From Phyllosticta citribraziliensis (taxonomy: Eukaryota), in NCBI RefSeq assembly GCF_038025025.1, contig NW_027117345.1, positions 558,001-622,000 of the forward strand: a DNA stretch of 64,000 nucleotides. Direction: 5' to 3'. Below are positions 1 to 12,868 of this stretch, piece after piece. The notes under the pieces were generated by a model. It saw nothing but the letters and a program-made list of their open reading frames with translations. It was not told the DNA's origin and did no database searches. The position numbers and the translations under genes are program-made. Positions within the stretch are counted from its first letter, which is position 1. Every line of letters starts with the position of its first letter.

Positions 1-550
1 TCGTTGATCGGCTTCCCCGAAACGATCAGTGCTAAACTGCGTTGGGGGTGCACCGAGGCCATTTTGATCTGGGAGGCGGGAATTTCATGGCAAAGCTTGA
101 CTACATGTACCAGGTGACGTTGGATGCAGACGTTTCTTTTCTGTGTATGGCACTAGTTGAAAGATTGAATGGTCTAACCCAAATCTTGGTCACTGGCCCT
201 GCTTCCCAGTCAATGCTTCAAGGACATTGTCAAAAGAACACGGACAGGCAGCGTCAAGACCCTGACAGCTAAATGGATAAGGAGCATGCCGATCTCGTAG
301 AAAAATGTGATTTCTCTCATCTCTTTTGGAAGCTTCCTCGCCATGTCCCGCATCAAAAATTCCATTGAAAGTGTACTGGTTCACGATATTTCTGCTACTC
401 AAAACCGACTGTGCTTTTCAAATGGTCATCAGCTACATTCGTTCAATGATAACTTCCGGAGAGCATTCAACGTTCCGGCAAGCTGCGGCCAGCAAAACCC
501 CGCGTACCAAAATCCGCCCTCTGCCAGCTTCGAGAAACAACGCCTCGTCC

Positions 551-1563
551 TCACAGCGACGCTCTCGCCAACATTTTCCCGCCATCCAAAACAAGCGTAT
601 CACCGTTGACATGTCCCGCAGCCCTCGAGCACAAATACACAACCGCAGCCGCAAAGTCCTCGGGGACACCCAACCTGCCATTGGGATTAGCCTTCTCGAG
701 GCTCTCGGGGCCACCGATGGCCGCAATGAGTCCGTTGGCCATCTTCGTCGGGAAGAAGCCCGGCGCGATGCCGTTGACGAGGATGCCGCGCGGGCCCAGC
801 TCGATGGCCAGGTTGCGCGCCAGGTGCAGCACCGCGGCCTTGGAGATGGAGTAGCCCGGCGTCGCGTTGGCGTTGTTGGTCGTCCCGATGCCGATGCCTG
901 CGACCGAGCCGGTCACGATGACGCGCGAGGGGTCGTTTTTGCTGCTGCCGGCTTCGAGGAGCGGGGTGAATCTGATCATGGCCGTCAGCTATCTTGCAAC
1001 GCTTCCTGCCGTCTGTGTCTTTCTTTGTATGACGCCTCGAGGTATATGGGCCGGGCCGCACGAACTTTTGTATCGTGAAGAAGACGCTCTTGACGTTGAG
1101 GTCCATCACCTTGGTGAAGGCGTCTTCCGGATGCGTGTCAAACGGGCTGCCCCAAGTCGCACCCGCATTGGCCAGCAATATGTCCACCTTGTCCGTGTGC
1201 TTCTTGACCTCGGCCACCAGCCGCTCTATCTCGGACACCTTGGAGCTGTCGGCGGGGATGCTGATGGCTTGGGCGCCCGGCGCCTTGTTGGGGAGCGCGT
1301 TGAGCGCCGCGCATGCCTCTTCGCAGGCCTTTGCTTTGCGCGATGTGATGAAGACTTTGGAGGCGCCGGCTTGGAGGAGGCTTGGGTCGCGGTGTTAGCG
1401 TTGATTGAAAGACGTGTCGAGACGGTTGGTGGTGTGGAGCGCACCCTGATGCAGCATTCAGTCCCAGACCGCGTGAGCCGCCTGTGACGACTGCAACTTT
1501 GCCATCGAGGCGGAAGATGTTTTGAAAGTCCTTGAGTTGGACGTCGGCTTGGGCAGAGGCCAT
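551..1563 (-). CDS. Short-chain dehydrogenase/reductase (RhlG/3-oxoacyl-reductase-like), 284 aa; exons 1563-1445, 1380-1066, 971-551
   Basis: VTGGSRGLG Rossmann motif, LLANAG, catalytic YSISK and VNGIAPG. Introns 1444-1381 and 1065-972 are GT..AG with CTAAC/CTGAC branch points and restore frame (855 nt). Ends ...LARASL. Confidence 0.92.
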
Positions 1564-1710
1564 GATGGAATATGTGAACTCGGTCTTTTGTAAAAAGGTC
1601 GGAGGTTGTGCAAATCTTCGTAAAAGTCGTTATGCGAAAGGAACGATCTAAAGGCTCAGAAAATGACGTCTCTAGTATATATCAAAAGATGGATGGCGCA
1701 GCAAACGGTC

Positions 1711-1793
1711 CCGAGGAAGTGAGCAACCACCTTGGTACCCCACAGCCAGCGGCACAGCGGCCGAATCGGAGGAGGGGTCCATGCGTGCCTCGG
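1711..1793. promoter_or_regulatory. Two candidate FarA/FarB (fatty-acid induction) elements: CCGAGG 1711-1716 and CCTCGG 1788-1793
   Basis: Exact hexamers 148 and 225 nt upstream of the SDR ATG (1563). CCGAGG is the known core site in fatty-acid-catabolism promoters of filamentous ascomycetes. Confidence 0.45.
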
Positions 1794-2095
1794 TTCCGCC
1801 AGTCTGCCCTGATCAGTTGCGTTAGCACCATTGCACAGGCCAAGAATCGCCGACTAATCATCTCGACCATCCCAAACAGACACGGACAAGACGGACGAGG
1901 CGGTGTGGTAAGGAGGCTGGTGGTGGGAATCGAGTCGCAACTTTTTGTACATCCAGAATAGACTATTTACAACGCCCCCAATGCCGGATTTTGGTCCGAA
2001 CCCCGCGATTTGATTCAAACAAGACAATTTCTTTTTGGACCCAGATATGCCGAAAGAAAGCAGAAAAAATTGACGCTTATAGGGGAATATCGAGC

Positions 2096-4121
2096 TCAAT
2101 CGCCATTGACCTGCTTTTCTAAATTCGCAACAACGGAGGTGGTGGCATCGGAATTGCTAGCCGGCTGTCCGTTGACCTTGCCGTTCAAAGACGAGAAGTC
2201 CGGAGAGAGGGTCGCTCCTGCTGAGGAGCGTTTTTCGAATGGAAGAGGTGTCCCTGGCCGGGATGAGAGGAACTGTTTTTGACTTGTTAGCGTCATCTAG
2301 TACTTGGATTCTACCTGGACATACGGACGAGGCGGCAGACAGCAGAGCGATCAAAGAGGCCTGGACGACATCTTCGTGGATACCAACACCCCACACCTTC
2401 TGGTTGGTACCAGGTGCAACCAATTGGATATAACTGGCGGCACGCTGGCGACCCTCCTTGTTCTTGCCCTCGCCGATGGCGTGCTCCTGGTACTCCACGA
2501 CGTCAAGGTCGATGCCCAGGGACTTGAGAGCATTGGCGAGAGACGAGATGGCGCCGTTGCCAACACCCTGGATCCTGTGCTGCTGGCCGTCAATCTCAAT
2601 GATACCCGAGAAGTTTCTCCTGAGGCTCTTGCTGCTGACAGCCTTGCCGGCCTCTTGGGGCATGGGGGAGCCGGAACGGTCCGTGACAATGTCATAGTCA
2701 ATCAGGGCAAACCTGGGGTTCTTTTCGAGGTGGTAGGCGTCCTTGAAAAGCTTGCAGATCTCGCCGGGGAGGAGCTCGCGGCCAAGGTTGTCCGTCTCGT
2801 TTTGGATAATCTTGGAAAAGGCGACTTGGAGGCCGCGGGGCAAGTCGAGGCCCAGCTCGCGCAGAATGATCCACGCAACACCTCCCTTACCAGACTGGGA
2901 GTTGACGCGGATGATGGCCTCGTAGGTCCTGCCAATATCTTGAGGGTCCAGGGGAAGATAAGGAACTTGCCAGTGGCTGTTGTCGTCCGCGCCCTCGACG
3001 ATGCGCTTCTGGAAGCCCTTCTTGATGGCGTCTTGGTGCGAGCCGCTAAAGGCACAGACGACCAGCTTGCCTCCGTAGGGGGCTCTGTCGTGGACAGGAA
3101 TCTTGTTGCTCCTCTCGACAACGTCGATGATGCCGGGGAGGTCGGAAAAGTCGACGTTGGGGTGAACGCCCTGGGTGTAGAGGTTCAATCCGAGCGTGAC
3201 GAGGTCCACGTTGCCGGTTCTCTCGCCATTGCCAAACAAGGTGCCCTCTACTCTGTCGGCACCCGCCATCTGCGCCAGCTCAGCCGCAGCGACTGCGCAG
3301 CCACGGTCGTTGTGGGGGTGGAGAGAAACGCAGACCTTCTCCCTCTCGGAAATGTTGCGGCAAAAGTACTCAATCTGGTCTGCGTAGACATTGGGAGTAG
3401 CCATTTCAACCGTGGCCGGCAGGTTGAAAATAATGGGGTTCTCGGCGGAGGGCTCCCAGGCGGCCTTGACGGCCTCGCAGACCTCGAGAGCAAAATCGGG
3501 GTTGGAGTCGGAAAAGGTCTCGGGCGAAAACTCGTAGGTCCATTCGGTGCCAGCCGTCGACGGGTCGTCCTTGGTGATGGAGCGAGCGTACTTGGTGCAC
3601 TCTACAGCCAAAGCCTTGGTCTGTGCATTGTCCATGTTGAAGACGATCTGCTGGAAGCAAGGGCTCGTAGCGAGGTAAAGGTGGAGGATGGCCTTCCTGG
3701 CACCCTTGAGGGAGTCGACGGTGCGGCGGATGAATTCCTTGCGGCAAGGAGACAGGACCTGGATCCAGACGTCGTCGGGGCAGGCACCGGGGGTGTTGAT
3801 GAGCTTTTGCGTAAAGTCGAAGTCGGTCTGCGAGGCCGAAGGGAAGGACACCTCGATTTCCTTGTAACCAAGCTTGACGAGCATTTCAAAGTAGCGCCAC
3901 TTTTGCTCGCCGTCCTAAGAAGCACGGTCAGGAGTGCGCGATTGAGGGCGCATTTTGGAGCGACTCACCATGGGATCCACAAGACTCTGGTTGCCATCGC
4001 GCAGGTCGGTCGACAACCAGCGCGGAGGCTTGTTGAGGGTCTTGTTCGGCCATTGGCGGTCGGGGAGGTTGAGAGGCTTGAAAGCCTTGTATTTGGTCGA
4101 AGGGTCCTTGAGCATAGGCAT
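2096..4121 (-). CDS. LEU4: 2-isopropylmalate synthase, 639 aa; exons 4121-3969, 3914-2325, 2272-2096
   Basis: Motifs [33 protein letters not shown] and [11 protein letters not shown], plus the C-terminal regulatory domain. Introns 3968-3915 and 2324-2273 are canonical. Confidence 0.97.
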
Positions 4122-4196
4122 TTTGGCGGTTGTGGGGTGAGGGTTGTGGCGGAGGGAAGATATTTAAGAGGCACAGCTTCAAAAGTTTCGTTTTAT

Positions 4197-4203
4197 TGAG
4201 TCA
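4197..4203 (-). promoter_or_regulatory. Gcn4/CpcA (cross-pathway control) response element TGACTCA
   Basis: Perfect TGAGTCA/TGACTCA 76 nt upstream of the LEU4 ATG, an amino-acid biosynthesis gene. Confidence 0.7.
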
Positions 4204-4661
4204 CCGCCGAACCTGCTGCCGGCCCGCCCTACGCCCTACATGAATGCTCCTCGCGCTGCTGGTTGGAAGTGGAGCCCGCGAACGCAGGAAATGCACAGTG
4301 CGGTCGTTCATTGGCTCACTTGTCGAAATCAATTGGCCTTCCAGCCCCGTGTCCGTCGCATTCTTTCAGCATTTCGTGTCGGTCGACTGATGAAGTCAAT
4401 CGACACGCGCGGGCGTTTCCCTGCCCCACTCGCCTGCCGACCCCGCGCCCCAGCTGCGTGGCCCTCCGATATCGCTCCCTCGTCTTGACAATATCAACAT
4501 GTTTAATAGTCAGACTCGACTCCCATAGGCTCTCGAGTCCACTATGATCAAGTCGTCTCGTAAATCGTCCATTTGTGGTCGCTACAAAACCGCAGTCCTG
4601 CCCTGTCCATACCCAGATATTTGATGCTGCTTATCCAACGCCATAACCACCCCCAGCGCCT

Positions 4662-5880
4662 CTACAGCTTGCTCTCCACAGGCTGCTTTAGACGAACCAC
4701 TCCCTAGATCCAGGTCAGCCCCTGCCGATACCTCCTCGTTGTCAAAACTCACCTCTTGTACGCAAGTCGCAATCAGCTTGCCGTCCCGGGTAAACATCCT
4801 CTGGAATACCAGTCCACGGCCGTCACCAGCCCAAGGGCTCTCCATTTCGGTAAACATCCACTCGTCGGCCCGGAAATCCCTAGGGTTGTGGAAGTAGATT
4901 GTGTGGTCCAGGCTAACCATCATTCCAATTTCCGGCTTGTCTTTTGCTTCTGTCAGAGACTTGCCCTCTTTCAATTTCTGGATTACGCGGTCGTTCATAC
5001 CCGGAAGTTGGCGCAGTTTCTCCTCGTCCTCGTTGAGCAGCCGCTTGAGCACGTCCTCGTCCAAGGTGGGTTTCCCCTCGCGCTTCGAACTATATCTCCA
5101 AAGCTTGTGGACCCGGGCTACCGTGCCTATGAAATAACTGTCCGACATGTATGCGAGGGCGCACAAATGCGGTTGGTGGCCAGCAGACGGGGAGATCTTG
5201 CCTCGCGCCTTGATCCATTGCCTGGTCTTTTTGGTATGCGGGTGAGGCGAGTCATCTAGGCCAGAGGTTAAAACTGCGACCCCTCGTCGCGTTTGACTGA
5301 ATGGGAAGACGCACTGTTCAGAATGTCTATCCGCTGGCTTTGGAACGGTCCGGCGATTCCCTGCGGAAATCGCAGATCCTCCTCGTTGTCCTTTGGCGGA
5401 GGCACCTGGGGCATTTCTGCCGCGTGTTCCACCCTCTTCTTGCCTCCACTGTCGACGCGCACAAAGCTCAGCGTGGTGGTGAAGATGGCCCTGCCGCGCT
5501 GCCTTGCTTGGACAGTTCGCGTCGCGTACGACCTTCCTTCTCGGACATCTGGTGGGGTTTAAGCAACGAAGCGACTTTCAGCAGGAGCCTGACGTACGCT
5601 CGACGTGGTAGATGACGGGAATCTCCGAATCACCCGCCAGGACAAAGTAGCAGTGCATCGAGTGCACGGTGAAGCTGTCAGGGACGGTCCGTTGAGCAGC
5701 GCTCAGACACTGGGCAATAATGGCGCCTCCGAACACGCCTCTTGCGCCGGGGGGATGCCATAGTGGCTGGGTATTGGTATACAGATCCGGATCGATATCT
5801 CTCAGTTGGGTCAGGTCGAGCATCTGCTCGATGGCAGATGTGGACGCATCGATGGGCGGAGGGCGGATGAGGGTCGACAT
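4662..5880 (-). CDS. TES1: Peroxisomal acyl-CoA thioesterase II (TesB/ACOT8 family), 353 aa; exons 5880-5598, 5548-5315, 5255-4753, 4703-4662
   Basis: Motifs GARGVFGG, HSMHCYF, LAYMSD, MVSLDHTIYFH and CVQEG. Three canonical introns. The last exon reads GVVRLKQPVESKL* (PTS1). Confidence 0.95.
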
Positions 5881-6035
5881 TGCTGTTGGTGTTGGTGGTT
5901 TGCAGGAGCAAGAGCGATGATATTAAAGCGCCACGGGATACGGCCGAAGTCGTCGAGACATTGTTGCAGTGACCACGGCCACGGACGTCAAGGTGGTTGT
6001 TCGGTGGTTGCGCGCCGTATCGTGGGATTGCCGAG

Positions 6036-6041
6036 CCGAGG
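6036..6041. promoter_or_regulatory. Candidate FarA/FarB element CCGAGG upstream of TES1
   Basis: Exact hexamer 156 nt upstream of the ATG of a PTS1-bearing fatty-acyl-CoA enzyme. Confidence 0.45.
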
Positions 6042-6771
6042 CACAGGATGGACCGTCACTGGAGGCTGCGTAAGGCAAGGCTGGGCAGCGCGGCGAGCGT
6101 CTGTGGGCGCGCTCTTGGTCTCGAGGTCAGGGCAGGGCCGACGCTGACGCTGACGCTGACGCTGACGCAGCATCACGTGCAGAGATGGAGCTTGGGAGCG
6201 GAGAGTACATGTATGTATGTATGTAGGTACATAGGTACTGTAGTCGAGGCAAGGTACATGTAGCAAAGTGGTTAGGTTCGCAGGTCGACGGGAAGCTGCA
6301 ACAAAACAAAGAGCCTCACCCGAGCCGCCTCACCAGGCCCGCATAGACGACGCGAAGAGGTCAAGTCGTCCGGACGGATTGGATGCTGCGTGTGCACGTC
6401 GTGTAGAGCTATTTGTAGAAAAGCCGGACCCCTGGTCTCCACTCGCTGTTCGTCCTCATCGCCTCGCCCACCGCATCCCATTCCTCTCGCTCGCTCGCTC
6501 GCTCGCTCTCACGACAAGTCCACTGCCACTGCCACTGCCACTGCGCCTTTGACGTGTGCCACTACATACCGTACACATCCATCGCCACTCCCGGCGTTGG
6601 CCTCGCCGCATTCTGTCCTGACCGACGCCTCCAGCCTGGCTTGCGTCCCCAAATGCATGTCATCGTCGCCCGTACCCCCTCCTCGACGTCTCCATCCTAC
6701 TGCCACTGAATCAACCCAACGCCATCCTGTACATGTAGCCTGTCGGCTGCATTTGCGCACCCGATGCCACC

Positions 6772-9700
6772 ATGGCCGACCACACTCCTCCTGAACTCCA
6801 TGCCCAGCTTTCGGAGCTCGACCGCGAACTAGAGGTACGCCTGCACTTCCGCCACGCGACGCCCGTTGCAGACCGCTGACCCAGCCGTGCAGGAGGGCGA
6901 CATTACTCGCAAAGGGTACGCACAACGTGGACGACAACAACGTCAAGGTTAAGGTTGTGGTCGCTAACCGTTTGGAATGCGCAAAGGTACGAGAAGCGGC
7001 GAACTCTGATCCTGAGCCAGTTTTTTGGTCCTGCGCAGGGGGACGACTCTCGGCGCGACACGCGCACATTCTCCATCCAGTCCGGCGCGCCCTCGATCGA
7101 TCCGTCCCGCACCTTTTCCCTCGTCAACGATGGTTCCTCCCGTACCCAATCCTTTGCTGGATACCACCAAGCGACGCCAAGCATCCATTTGCCCCCCAGC
7201 GACATGCAGCGAGCTCAATCGCCCCCCTATCCTTCGAGCAATAATGGCGAATGGCACTCCCGCGCGTCCTTCTCCGGTAGCTCCATGCCTCCCCCCACAC
7301 CAGTCGGCCGCTTCCAAGAGAGGGAGCTTGGTGTCCGCAACCCCACTCAGCAGCGCCACTCCTCATACGGCAGCGAGCCCTACTCGCCTCGACCGACGAC
7401 CCCAGACATGTATAGCGGATCGCAATCTAGGCAGAGCACCATTCTCAACTCCGACTTCGCCTTCAACCCCGCCAACCAGCCACAGTATACGGAGCAGTCG
7501 CCCGGTGGAACCAGCCGCCTGAGCACCATGCTCGACTCGCACCAAGGATACTTTTCAGACTTTGCGGGCCAACAGACTCCTGACCAACGAGATAGCTATG
7601 GAGGTCCGAATCGCTATTCGTCCGGCGACGCCTTTTCCCCGACGGCCGCCATCCCCCCGCCCATGCTTGGCCAGCACGAGCTCCCTCCGCCTAGCGTCGT
7701 TGAATGCCAGATGCCTCTGGAGCCGCGCGAAGTTCCTTTTGCCGTATACGACCCTCACAATGGCAATGTGCCCATGTCCAAGTTTGACAATATCGGGGCC
7801 GTGTTGCGACACCGAGGTCGCGTGAACGGGAGACAAGCTGCCTTTTGGGTGTTGGATTCCAAGGGAAAGGAAACAGTCTCGATAACGTGGGAGAAGCTAT
7901 GCAGCAAGGCGGAAAAGGTCGCCCAAGTCATACGAGACAAGAGCAACTTATATCGGGGAGACCGGGTCGCGCTCGTCTACCGAGACAGCGAAGTCATTGA
8001 TTTTGCGATTGCGCTACTTGGCTGCTTCATCGCCGGGGTCGTAGCTGTGCCCATCAACAGTGTCGAAGACTACAACAGGCTGAGCCTTTTGCTCACGACA
8101 ACGCAAGCGCACTTGGCATTGACGACGGACAACAACCTCAAGGCCTTCCAGCGAGACATCAGCAACTCGCGGCAGAAATGGCCGACTGGCGTCGAATGGT
8201 GGAAGACGAATGAGTTTGGGAGCTATCACCCGAAGAAGAAGGAAGATGTCGCCCCACTTCAAGTTCCGGACCTGGCCTACATTGAATTCTCCAGAGCTCC
8301 GACTGGAGACTTGCGCGGCGTGGTGCTCAGTCACCGGACGATAATGCACCAGATGGCTTGTGTCAGTGCCATCATCATGTCCATCAACACAAGCGAAAGC
8401 AACGACACTTTTGACCCCCATTTGCGCGACAAGAATGGAAACCTCATTGCGCCAGTCCAAAGAAATTCCAATGGGGAAGTCATTCTCAGTTACTTGGACC
8501 CTCGCTCAGGCCCTGGCATGATTCTAGGCGTTCTCTATGCCGTTTATGGTGGACACACCACGGTTTGGATGGAGCCAAAGACTGTCGAAACCCCAGGTCT
8601 CTACGCTCATCTCATTTCCAAATACAGGACCACGATCATGGTCGCCGACTACCCAGGGCTGAAACGTGCCGTATACAACTACCAACAAGATCCCATGGCC
8701 ACAAGAAATTTCAAGAAAAACACTGAGCCCAACTTTGCTTCTGTTAAAATTTGTCTAATTGATACCCTGACGATTGACTGCGAGTTTCACGAAGTTTTGG
8801 CAGACAGGTGGCTGCGACCAATGAGAAATCCAAGAGCGCGCGAATTGGTGGCGCCGATGCTCTGCTTACCGGAGCACGGCGGCATGATCATATCTGTGCG
8901 CGATTGGCTCGGTGGTGAGGAGCGCATGGGTTGCCCTCTCAGCATGGAGAACCCCGACCAGGACTCTGAGGATGGAAAGGCAGAAGGGACGCCCGTTACC
9001 AACGGCTATAGCAGTCTGATTGGTGGCGGTCCAACCAAGAAGTCGTCTCACAAGCAGAGAAGCAGAACCGAGCTTAGCGAAGCTTTGCTTGACAAGGAGG
9101 CCTTGAAAACGAACGAGGTCATCGTCGTGGCCATGGGAGAGGAAGCCAAGCGGCGAGCAAACGAGCCGGGTACTGTCAAAGTCGGAGCTTTTGGCTACCC
9201 CATACCTGACGCGACACTTGCGCTGGTTGATCCTGAGACAAATCTTTTATGCTCGCCCTTCCAAATTGGAGAAATTTGGGTTGACTCTCCATCTTTGTCT
9301 GGCGGATTCTGGGCTTTGCCAAAGCACACAGAGACCATTTTCCATGCTCGCCCCTACCGCTTCATGGAGGGCAACCCAACCCCTGTCCTTGTGGAACCCG
9401 AGTTCCTTCGCACTGGCTTGCTTGGTTGCATCATCGAAGGCAAGATTTTCGTTCTTGGCCTCTACGAAGATCGCATAAGGCAAAGGGTCGAGTGGGTCGA
9501 GCATGGCGTGCAAGAGGCTGAGCATCGATACTTCTTTGTGCAACATCTTGTGGTCAGCATCATGAAGACGGTGCCCAAAATCTACGATTGGTAAGTCAAC
9601 CAGGGGTCCGAGATGACATTGCTGACCTCGGCCTAGTTCTGCTTTTGATACCCACGTAAACAACGAGTACCTTCCCATTGTTTTGATTGAAACCCAAGCC

Positions 9701-12700
9701 GCTTCGACCGCCCCAACCACTACCGGTGGGCCACCAAGGCAACTCGACATTCCCTTTCTCGACTCGCTTTCAGAACGTGTGATGGATGTTTTATACCAAG
9801 AACACCATCTCCGCGTCTACTGTGTCATGATCACAGCGCCAAATACGCTTCCTAGGGTGGTGAAGAATGGCCGCAGAGAAATTGGAAACATGCTTTGCCG
9901 CAAATCATTCGACAACGGAGAACTGCCATGCGTTCACGTCAAATTCGGCGTTGAAAGAGCAGTTCAAAACCTCCCCGTTGGAGACGATCCTGCCGGTGGA
10001 ATATGGTCTCCTAACGCAACCTCGGCAAGACAGGACATTCTAATGATGCAGGGTAGCGACAAGCAATACTCTGGAGTGGACTACCGCGAGGTTGTTATTG
10101 ACGACAGGACGTCTACCCCTTTGAACCAATTCAGCAACATCCACGACCTCATGCAGTGGCGTGTATCAAGGCAAGCCGAAGAATTGGCCATCTGCACCAT
10201 CGACGGCAGAGGGAAAGAAGGAAAGGGCATCAACTGGCGCAAATTTGACCAAAAGGTCGCGGGCGTCGCCATGTACATGAGGAACAAGGTCAAAGCTGTA
10301 GCAGGCGACCACCTCATTCTCATGTACACCCACTCCGAAGACTTTGTCTACGCCATCCACGCCTGTCTTGTACTCGGCCTTGTCGCCATCCCCATGCCGA
10401 TTCTTGACCAGAATCGGCTGGGTGAAGACGCCCCTGCTCTGCTTCACATGGTGGCCGATTTCAGGATCAAAGCCATCGTGGTCAACAACGAAGTCGATCA
10501 CGTCTTGAAGCAAAAGGCAGTATCCCAGCACCTGAAGCAGACTGCTGGAGCTCTCAAGGTCCACATGCCGAATGTGTACAACACTTCGAAGCCGCCAAAG
10601 CAGTCATCTGGCTGCAGAGAGCTGGGCCTTACCATCCGCCCTACTTGGGTCCAATCTGGCTATCCTGTTCTCATCTGGACTTACTGGACTCCTGATCAAA
10701 GGAGAATCGCTGTGCAGCTGGGCCATGATTCCCTTATGGCTCTCTGCAAAGTCCAAAAGGAAACATGCCAAATGACGAGCACAAGACCTGTGCTTGGTTG
10801 TGTCAGAAGCACCATTGGCCTTGGCTTCCTCCACACCTGCCTCATGGGCATTTATCTGGCGACTCCAACCTACCTGGTCTCTCCTGTCGATTTTGCGCAA
10901 AACCCCAACATACTTTTCCAGACACTGTCAAGATACAAGATTAAGGATACGTATGCCACAAGCCAGATGCTCGATTTCGCCATGGCCCACAACGCAGGCA
11001 AAACGTCTGCTCTTCACGAATTGAAGAATTTGATGATATCGACGGACGGACGACCACGAGTCGATGTTTGTAAGTTGGGACTTCTGCAACGGTTGATTCA
11101 CGCGCTAATATCCTGAAGACCAAAAGGTCCGCGTCCACTTTGCCGGAGCCGGTTTGGAGCGTACCGCCATCAACACCATTTACTCGCACGTTCTGAACCC
11201 AATGGTGGCCTCCCGGTCCTACATGTGTATCGAGCCGGTCGAACTTTGGCTTGACATGCGAGCGTTGCGCCGCGGCTTGATCATGCCCGTCGACCCGGAC
11301 ACGGAGCCATTCAGTTTGCTGGTTCAAGACTCCGGGATGGTCCCTGTCAGCACCCAAATATCAATTGTCAACCCCGAGACCAACCGCCTCTGCCTTAATG
11401 GGGAGTACGGTGAGATATGGGTGCAGTCCGAGGCAAACGCCCACAGCTTTTACGGCACAAAGGACATGTTTGACGCTGAACGCTTCAATGGCAGGACCGT
11501 TGACGGGGATCCAAACGTAAGGTACATGCGAACTGGCGACCTGGGATTCCTGCACAACGTTGCTAGGCCCATTGGCCCTGGCGGCACCATGGTTGACATG
11601 CAATGCTTGTTTGTCTTGGGAAGCATCGGTGAGACTTTCGAGGTTAACGGTCTGAGTCATTTCCCCATGGACATTGAGTACTCCGTGGAACGGTGTCACC
11701 GCAACATCGTACCTGGAGGATGGTAAGTCGCCAATATCTCCCTCCAGACATCATGCTAATGTTCAAAAGCGCCGTGTTCCAAGCTGGTGGTCTCGTCGTT
11801 ATCCTCGTAGAGATTTTCCGCAAGAACTTCTTGGCAAGTATCGTCCCGGTGATAGTCAATGCCGTGCTCAATGAGCATCACTTGGTCACAGACATTGTTG
11901 CATTCGTCGGAAAGGGTGACTTTCCACGCAGCAGGCTGGGAGAAAAGCAAAGGGGCAAGATCTTGGCCAGCTGGGTGACGCGAAAGATGCGCACCATTGC
12001 ACAGTTTGGCATTAGAGATCCTGATGGTGGCGGGTCAGAGCTCACCGAGGTCGCAGAAGAGGCTGCACAGGCTCATCGTCACAGCAGCATGATGGGCACT
12101 CCTGGGGCCGCTAGTCTCAAGGGACCAAGCAGTCTCCGAAAGGTAACGAGTGCCGCTGCCTTCCCCGACCCCAACGCTCTGGCTCCAGTACCACCCAACC
12201 AACTTGGAACTCTGCCAGTAAGCCACCAACACCCACAGCATCTGCCTTCGTCTCAACATAGCAATCAGAGCTTCGGGATGCCTCACCTCCCGCCTGGCAT
12301 TGCAGAGATGCCGCAGCACGAGCAACTCGCCGAGATCCCTGCCGGCGGCGAGCCCGTCTTCAACAGCGAAGACATTGCCACCCCCACGGCGGAGCAACAA
12401 CGCTCCATGTCGTCTGTTTATACCCAAGTGCACAGCCTGGGCCCAGGAGTGCAGGAATACAGCCCCGTCGAAATGGCGGGCGTCTTTGGCAGCAGCGGCG
12501 GCAACTCGAGCGAAGCCAGCCGCCGCCAGAGCCTTGTCCCCGAAAACCAATCGCCAAACCCACACCAGCAACAAGCGAGCCACCACCACCACGCCCATCC
12601 CCTCGGCAGCGTCCAAGAACACGACGACGTCGGCACCGGCGGCAGCAGAGTCGCCGGCGCCCCGCCTCAACCCAGCTACTCGAGCAAACCGTTCATGATG

Positions 12701-12868
12701 GATGACGACGACGACGAGGCGACGCGCCCCCGCACGCCTGACATTGGCATCGTCAGCGGCAATTTGGGGACGTCGGGCTTGCGCATCGCCAACCGTGTCA
12801 GCGTTGAGAGCGGCGAGTGGCCTCAGGAGGCCCTCATGCACATGTCGTTGCAGAGTCCGCCGCGGTGA
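6772..12868 (+). CDS. CPS1: DIP2/CPS1 (yeast Cmr2-like) protein: DMAP1-binding N-terminus plus two acyl-CoA-ligase-like adenylation domains, 1941 aa; exons 6772-6834, 6893-6915, 6987-9590, 9637-11069, 11119-11722, 11770-12868
   Basis: The spliced N-terminus reads LSELDRELEEGDITRKGYEKRR. Adenylation motifs DLAYIEFS..TG, FLRTGLLG and YMRTGDLGFL; FPRSRLGEKQRGK. All five introns are GT..AG and keep frame (5826 nt). Confidence 0.93.

Noticed and set aside
2304..4199. 631-aa ORF antisense to LEU4, and similar ORFs at 34929-36725, 12035-13219 and 60241-61218
   Set aside because: Antisense shadows of strongly codon-biased genes, with no recognisable motifs.
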